IMG/VR virus record: IMGVR_UViG_2061766007_000727
DNA from: an uncultured virus (IMG/VR IMGVR_UViG_2061766007_000727)
Taxonomy: Duplodnaviria; Heunggongvirae; Uroviricota; Caudoviricetes
Strand: one strand, 5' to 3'
DNA length: 29,779 nt
The position numbers and the translations under genes were made by a program. The notes below the pieces were generated by a model. The model ran no database searches. It was given only the letters and a program-made list of their open reading frames with translations, and was not told the DNA's origin. Below are positions 25,204-29,779 of the stretch, piece by piece (the stretch's first letter is position 1; each line of letters begins with the position of its first letter).

Positions 25204-26201
25204 ATGAAAAGCGTACCGATAATGATTTTGGGAAGTCTGCAAGCACACGCAAGTAGGCAACTTATTGATAATCAACGGGGGGGGTATATCCTACCATTGG
25301 AACAACAGATTTTGGTTTACCTAAAGTGATAGAGAAAATGGAGAATGAAGACATAAAACCCAAAGTGGTTGGGAAACTGAAATACGATTCGGATTTTGAT
25401 TGTGGTGCGAGAATATACGATACTGACGGAATAGCACCCACACAACAGACAATAACAGGTGGAAATTTGGAAACAAAAATAATAGAGGGTATGGATAACA
25501 AGGAACAAACTATAATATCAAAACCACACGGATATTTTAAGGGTTCAGAGACTAAAGATATTAGTCCTTGTGTTAAAAGTTCAGCAATGGCGGAGAATAA
25601 TTTTGTTAAAGAAACTATAACTGATATGAGCAAGAAAGAGAACATTGAGCAGAAAGAGCCGACAATAGGTGCTATACGCACACGCTCTTACAAAGGTCAG
25701 CCTACAACGCTTGAGCATAACGGCTCGACCGAAAGCAACACAATCACAGGGGTGCAGAAGGATAATGTGGTTATTGAGCCAATCAACACAACCGAAGACG
25801 GACTTGCGACAACGCTCACTACCGCACACCATTATAGCGGTAACATCGTCAATCCTAAACGTGGACAGACTGAAATGGGAGTTGTGGAGTACAAGACAAC
25901 CGAACCGCTCAATCCGTACAACGATGGTATGTCACGTTCCATCAAGTCTGGCAATATGGATAGTGGAGTGGTGCAGGACTTCCGTATCCGCAAACTAACC
26001 CCAAGAGAGGTTTTCCGTTTGATGGATGTGAGTGAGCCAGACATAGACACGTTATTGAACGCAGGCATAAGCAACAGTCAACTTTACAAACTTGCAGGAA
26101 ACTCGGTTGTAGTTTCGTGTCTATATCACCTTTTCCGAAAAATGTTCATTGAAACCGATATGGATAACACGGGCAAACCACAACAATTAAACTTATTCTA
26201 A
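25204..26201 (+). CDS. Cytosine MTase C-terminal part (TRD-like modules plus motifs IX-X); continuous ORF 25326..26201, extended to ATG 25204 by a -1 shift at G8 (25277..25284)
   Basis: RIRKLTPREVFRLMD (IX) and SQLYKLAGNSVVV (X); upstream MKSVPIMILGSLQAHAS...QRGG joins VYPTIGTTDFGLPKVIE if one G is added. Confidence 0.78.
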
Positions 26202-26632
26202 TGGACTACACAATCTACACAGACGGAGGATATTCCAACAAGCACAAGGTGGGTGCATTTGCATACGTTATGCTTGATTCCGAAGGGAACGAGTACAAGA
26301 AGAACGCTTGGAAGATTACAGACGAATCAAACAACAGAGCCGAACTGAAAGCGATAATCACCGCAATACACCATCTGCCTTCCACCAACTTGAACGTGGA
26401 AGTCAAATCCGATTCACAATATGCGCTCAAGACATTGAGCGGTGAGTGGTCGAGGAACGCAAACACAGACTTGTTTGAGGTGTGGGAGAGAGTGTTGGGG
26501 GAGAAGAAACCCACCATAACCTACACTTGGGTTAAGGGACACAGTGGAAACCACTACAACGAGATGTGCGACAAGATGTGCAACGATGCGGTAGGGTTCG
26601 ATATGGGTAAGGAATACGAGAAATACAAGTAA
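26201..26632 (+). CDS. rnhA: Ribonuclease HI
   Basis: IYTDGG, SNNRAELKA, KSDSQY, WVKGHSGNHYNEMCD. Confidence 0.93.
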   Translation: MDYTIYTDGGYSNKHKVGAFAYVMLDSEGNEYKKNAWKITDESNNRAELKAIITAIHHLPSTNLNVEVKSDSQYALKTLSGEWSRNANTDLFEVWERVLGEKKPTITYTWVKGHSGNHYNEMCDKMCNDAVGFDMGKEYEKYK

Positions 26633-26634
26633 CT

Positions 26635-26772
26635 ATGACCATCCACAACCCCACCGAGTATCTGTTATGGTTGGTTATTCTGCCAATCCTGTGGTTAGGT
26701 GCGTTATTGTTCCTTCCCATCTATATATCGGTTTGGTTGGTGGTGAGATTTCATAAAAAAAATAAGAAATAA
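26635..26772 (+). CDS. Small membrane protein (45 aa, absent from the ORF track)
   Basis: MTIHNPTEYLLWLVILPILWLGALLFLPIYISVWLVVRFHKKNKK: hydrophobic stretch then a basic tail. Confidence 0.55.
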   Translation: MTIHNPTEYLLWLVILPILWLGALLFLPIYISVWLVVRFHKKNKK

Positions 26773-26775
26773 ATG

Positions 26776-26805
26776 TTGAACGTAACAAAATAAGTATTAT
26801 CTTTG
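26776..26805 (+). promoter_or_regulatory. Bacteroidota sigma-70-type promoter for the tRNA (TTG-N19-TATCTTTG)
   Basis: TTGAACGTAACAAAATAAGTATTATCTTTG, 11 nt before the tRNA. Confidence 0.72.
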
Positions 26806-26816
26806 AAATGTTTTTC

Positions 26817-26888
26817 GGTCGGTTCGTCTAACGGTTAGGACGCAAGGTTTTCAACCTTGAAATATGAGTTCGATTCTCGTACCGACTA
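26817..26888 (+). tRNA. tRNA-Glu (anticodon UUC), CCA not encoded
   Basis: Acceptor GGTCGGT/ACCGACT, D-arm GTC..GGTTAGGAC, anticodon stem CAAGG/CCTTG with loop TT-TTC-AA, T-loop GTTCGA. Confidence 0.93.
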
Positions 26889-26891
26889 CAC

Positions 26892-27048
26892 AGGAAGGCT
26901 ATATTGATAACAATATGGAATGTACGTGCGGAAGCAAACCGCTGCCATAGCAAGAGGGTATGGCATAAAAAATGTGTCAGTACAAATGCAGAATAAATGC
27001 TCTAAAAGTTCCATCTACCTGCGCAGGATTGTTTTGATATACCTTCCT
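26892..27048 (+). ncRNA. Unassigned multi-stem structured RNA (~157 nt)
   Basis: Nested pairings AGGAAGG/CCTTCCT, TATATTGA/TTGATATA, AACAAT/ATTGTT, ATGGAA/TTCCAT, TGTAC/GTACA with internal hairpins GCGG/CCGC, TGCCATA/TATGGCA and CCTGCGCAGG. Confidence 0.68.
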
Positions 27049-27067
27049 TTTATAGAAAGGGAAAAGT

Positions 27068-27328
27068 ATGAAAAAGGAAGATTTAAGGAAACAGATTAAG
27101 GACACCATCTTGCGAGAGGGTGTTATTACCGCAGGTAACTTGAACGATTACGCTAACCTTGCGGTTCGTATCAGTGCGACAAGTGATGAGAAGTTACAGG
27201 ACTTCTTCGACACCGAACTTGAGGAAGGGCAGAAGTACAAGGTCATCGTCTCAACAGACGAGGATGTGAACGCAGACTGCTCGTTCAAGGATGACAAAGG
27301 GTTTTACGCACACTTCTACAAACAATAG
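27068..27328 (+). CDS. Hypothetical protein
   Basis: 86-aa ORF. Confidence 0.65.
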   Translation: MKKEDLRKQIKDTILREGVITAGNLNDYANLAVRISATSDEKLQDFFDTELEEGQKYKVIVSTDEDVNADCSFKDDKGFYAHFYKQ

Positions 27329-27333
27329 AACTT

Positions 27334-28086
27334 ATGGAGAAGTTGGAATTGGATAGAATCTACAATATGGATTGTTTGGAGGGTATGAAGATGATTCCAG
27401 ACAAGTCGGTGGATTTGGTTGTGACTGACCCACCGTATTGGCACAAAAAGTCTCCGGGCAAACCGTATTCAGAGCGGAAACAATGCAACACAAATAGTGC
27501 GTTTTCAAACTCTGAACTATACAACTACGATTGTGATATGATAAAAGGAATGAGCGACTTTGATGATAAGTGCATCAATAACTTTTTATCTGTTCTTGCA
27601 CCAAAAATGAAAATAATGAATGCTTATATTTTCTGTTCTGAAACACAAGTACCATATTATGCGATGTGGGCGGAAAATAATGGGTTTATGTTTTCAATCC
27701 TTGTTTGGGAAAAGCCTTTGAGTATCATAAACAAAAATCGGTTTTCTCAAAATCTTGAGTATATTGTAAGGATATATGATTATGGAACTGCATTAAACAA
27801 ATTAAATAATAATGAATTATATAACCGAGTACGAAGAATCAAACCTGTGGATGGAGTAGAAAAAATTCATCTTACTCAAAAACCTATAGAATTGATAAAT
27901 GGTTTTATTGTAATTAGCAGTAAGGATGAAGATGTTATTCTTGACCCATTTATGGGAAGTGGTACAACTGCCATTGCTTGTATTCGTGAAAAACGGCACT
28001 TTATAGGTTTTGAATTGAACGAAGAATATTACAAGAAGGCAAAACAAAGAATCGAAGCCGAACAACGTCAACTAACACTTTTTTAA
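27334..28086 (+). CDS. DNA N6-adenine/N4-cytosine methyltransferase (beta class)
   Basis: DCLEGMKMIPDKSVDLVVTDPPY, HLTQKP, VILDPFMGSGTT, FIGFEL. Confidence 0.92.
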   Translation: MEKLELDRIYNMDCLEGMKMIPDKSVDLVVTDPPYWHKKSPGKPYSERKQCNTNSAFSNSELYNYDCDMIKGMSDFDDKCINNFLSVLAPKMKIMNAYIFCSETQVPYYAMWAENNGFMFSILVWEKPLSIINKNRFSQNLEYIVRIYDYGTALNKLNNNELYNRVRRIKPVDGVEKIHLTQKPIELINGFIVISSKDEDVILDPFMGSGTTAIACIREKRHFIGFELNEEYYKKAKQRIEAEQRQLTLF

Positions 28087-28089
28087 CTT

Positions 28090-28480
28090 ATGGCATCATT
28101 AGTTACAAACAACAACGACAACAACGCACTAACCCAACTCAAGGGTTATGCTGACGATAAGGATAACAAGATAAACGAACTCTTTGAGCGTCTTGTTACA
28201 GATACGGAGAATCTTGAGAGTTATGACACACCTATGAGCAAGAAGAACGATACGCTCACCAACATAGAGTACATCTTCACACGCTTGCGTTTCGTTCTCG
28301 CAGACGAGATGAGAAGGGTGGACTACTCACTCAACAAGATTGACAACGATAGCACCATACCTGCCACGATAAAGGGNNNNNNNNNNNNNNNNNNNNNNNN
28401 NTTTGAATAGCAGGCTCAACGAGATACGAGAGGACTTGAGCCTTGTTCAGAAAACGGTTTACTACAACTATAAGTATTGA
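28090..28480 (+). CDS. Coiled-coil hypothetical protein spanning an assembly gap (28377..28401)
   Basis: Open to the gap; after the gap a plausible frame LNSRLNEIREDLSLVQKTVYYNYKY ends at TGA 28480. Confidence 0.5.
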
Positions 28481-28559
28481 TTTTATTCATTAAACGTTTA
28501 ATTAATAATCTTTTAGTGTTTTTTTTATTTTATTTTTTAATCTTTTAAATTTTTATTTT

Positions 28560-29360
28560 ATGGGACAAATGATTGAGTTTGGACAAAGAATCCAAAAGTC
28601 GGGTATCGACAAATTTGATTGTGCCGAAAACGTGATTGTTAAGGCAATGTTTCTTAACTACGCAAAACCTTATGCGAGAAATCTTGCGTATGATGAAGTG
28701 GTTAAGAAATCAGTGGAGTGTACGGAAGAAATGGCATTGAAGTATGGTCTGAATCCAAGACCACGTTATTTCTTCCTTGTAGCCGCTTTTCAGCAAGATG
28801 TGCAGGGTAACATCATTGGGGACACGGAAGCGAAGGTTACTTTTATGAGTATGAGCAATGGTCAGTACGAGCATTTTCTTGCCGCTTCCAACAACCTTGA
28901 CAAGTGGAATGGTTTTGTAACACTCACAAAGATTGCCAAGAAAGATGGCAAGGGAAAAGACTTGTCTTACATTGAAGCCACACCTGCATCTTCAAACGCA
29001 CAGGGTTTTAAGGGACTATCTAATGCTCTTATCAATCGCATATCGGAACTTGTGAAGAACGATGCGTTTATCAAGAAGTCTATCGATATGATTGATATTG
29101 CTACTGGTGTGTACGAGGATAAGTATCTTGAACTCTTGAATCAAGTGAAGTCGCAGAACAACGGCACACAACAAGCGGTGGGTCAAGGTGACACACAACC
29201 GCAAGGTAACACGATGTATGTGACATCAGCACCTGCACCGCAAGCCATTCCGCAGTCAGCACCGACAAACAATATGGCTGATGCTGATGTGCAGGCAGTT
29301 GAAGGTGAGATTGAGCCAGTAAATGACTTGCCTTTTAATTCAGACCCAAGTATGTCGTGA
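28560..29360 (+). CDS. Putative single-stranded DNA-binding protein
   Basis: Globular N-domain, Gln/Pro/Ala-rich linker, acidic tail with DLPF similar to SSB C-termini. Confidence 0.5.
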   Translation: MGQMIEFGQRIQKSGIDKFDCAENVIVKAMFLNYAKPYARNLAYDEVVKKSVECTEEMALKYGLNPRPRYFFLVAAFQQDVQGNIIGDTEAKVTFMSMSNGQYEHFLAASNNLDKWNGFVTLTKIAKKDGKGKDLSYIEATPASSNAQGFKGLSNALINRISELVKNDAFIKKSIDMIDIATGVYEDKYLELLNQVKSQNNGTQQAVGQGDTQPQGNTMYVTSAPAPQAIPQSAPTNNMADADVQAVEGEIEPVNDLPFNSDPSMS

Positions 29361-29402
29361 TAAACTGCTTTAAATAAGGTTTAAGTCTATAAAAGTTACA
29401 CA

Positions 29403-29779
29403 ATGTTTATTCCGTCTAAAAAAGTTATCAACGAGTGGGGAACGTTTGACAGTACCCCAGAGTGGTTATGTTTTGAGCAGAAGATTATACCGCACATACA
29501 GAATGGTGAGTATTTTGATTGGAAACTGCATCAAACGTATGAGATAATCCCCAAACTCACAAAGACCGTTTACATTCAACTCAAGACGAAAGTCAAGGCG
29601 GTTGAGAGAGTGGTAGAGCATAACGCAGAGTACACTTGCGACTTCCAATATAGTGTTAACACCGACAAGGGTGAGCAGATATACATTGTTGAGTTCAAGT
29701 CAACGTATTCAGCGCAAGCGAGAGATTATACACTGCGCAGGAAACTTATTAGACGGAGGATAGCGGAGTGGAACGAGCG
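29403..29779 (+). CDS. DUF1064-like PD-(D/E)xK nuclease (3' truncated)
   Basis: GTFDSTPE, QTYEIIP, YTCDFQY, IVEFKS, DYTLRRKL. Confidence 0.75.
   Translation, partial: MFIPSKKVINEWGTFDSTPEWLCFEQKIIPHIQNGEYFDWKLHQTYEIIPKLTKTVYIQLKTKVKAVERVVEHNAEYTCDFQYSVNTDKGEQIYIVEFKSTYSAQARDYTLRRKLIRRRIAEWNE

Larger units (their letters stand above)
1..29779 (+). mobile_element. Segment of a large tailed-phage genome (T4-like head module), probable Bacteroidota host
   Basis: Prohead protease and major capsid genes, fibre-like proteins, phage-type replication and modification genes, tRNA, dense co-oriented small ORFs, TAnnTTTG promoters; no integrase or host housekeeping context in the window. Confidence 0.92.

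Noticed and set aside
26889..26960. tRNA-associated HDV-like (theta) ribozyme
   Set aside because: I could not build the compact nested double pseudoknot; the 5' segment instead pairs ~150 nt downstream. A motif search is still worthwhile
28377..28410. Apparent stop/frameshift at 28410 (and the X run at 5215..5229)
   Set aside because: Caused by N gaps of uncertain length, so not interpretable as biology
133..29648. Minus-strand and nested ORFs in the track (e.g. 24505..25275, 21551..22117, 2711..3217)
   Set aside because: They overlap well-supported + strand genes, lack recognisable motifs and look like shadow frames
1..29779. Stop-codon recoding (TAG or TGA), as in some gut megaphages
   Set aside because: Long genes are intact in the standard code; TAG ends dnaN and others at natural boundaries before terminators, TGA also ends genes, and the tRNA is not a suppressor

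Overview
The whole window reads as part of a large lytic dsDNA phage genome, with all credible genes on the + strand in the standard genetic code. It has a T4-like head module (gp21-type prohead protease plus gp23-like major capsid protein). TAnnTTTG promoters point to a Bacteroidota host. From left to right: a DUF285/BspA-like protein, three modular Ser/Thr-rich fibre or decoration proteins, two glycosyltransferases, an intein-containing SWIM-finger protein, the protease and capsid genes, a Toprim protein, a beta sliding clamp, an HTH regulator with an 8-gene Cys-rich/membrane operon of unknown function, scattered acidic small proteins, a NUMOD4-HNH endonuclease cassette at the start of a split, intein-containing C5-cytosine methyltransferase, RNase H, tRNA-Glu(UUC) followed by a ~157-nt structured RNA, an N6A/N4C methyltransferase, an SSB-like protein and a DUF1064-like nuclease. 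Five observations stand out. (1) A recurrent [R/K]-[I/V]-x-D motif is shared by the protease, the capsid protein and several dispersed acidic proteins that sit behind a TTATATATTATA promoter-like motif, suggesting an Asp-specific head-packaging and processing system. (2) An unannotated multi-stem RNA lies right after the tRNA. (3) The cytosine MTase is split, with G-tract -1 frame changes within an array of TRD-like modules. (4) A pseudoknot-capable RNA leader precedes the HNH gene. (5) Both MTases end in clamp-binding-like QLxLF tails. All family calls come from motifs read by eye; no searches were run.
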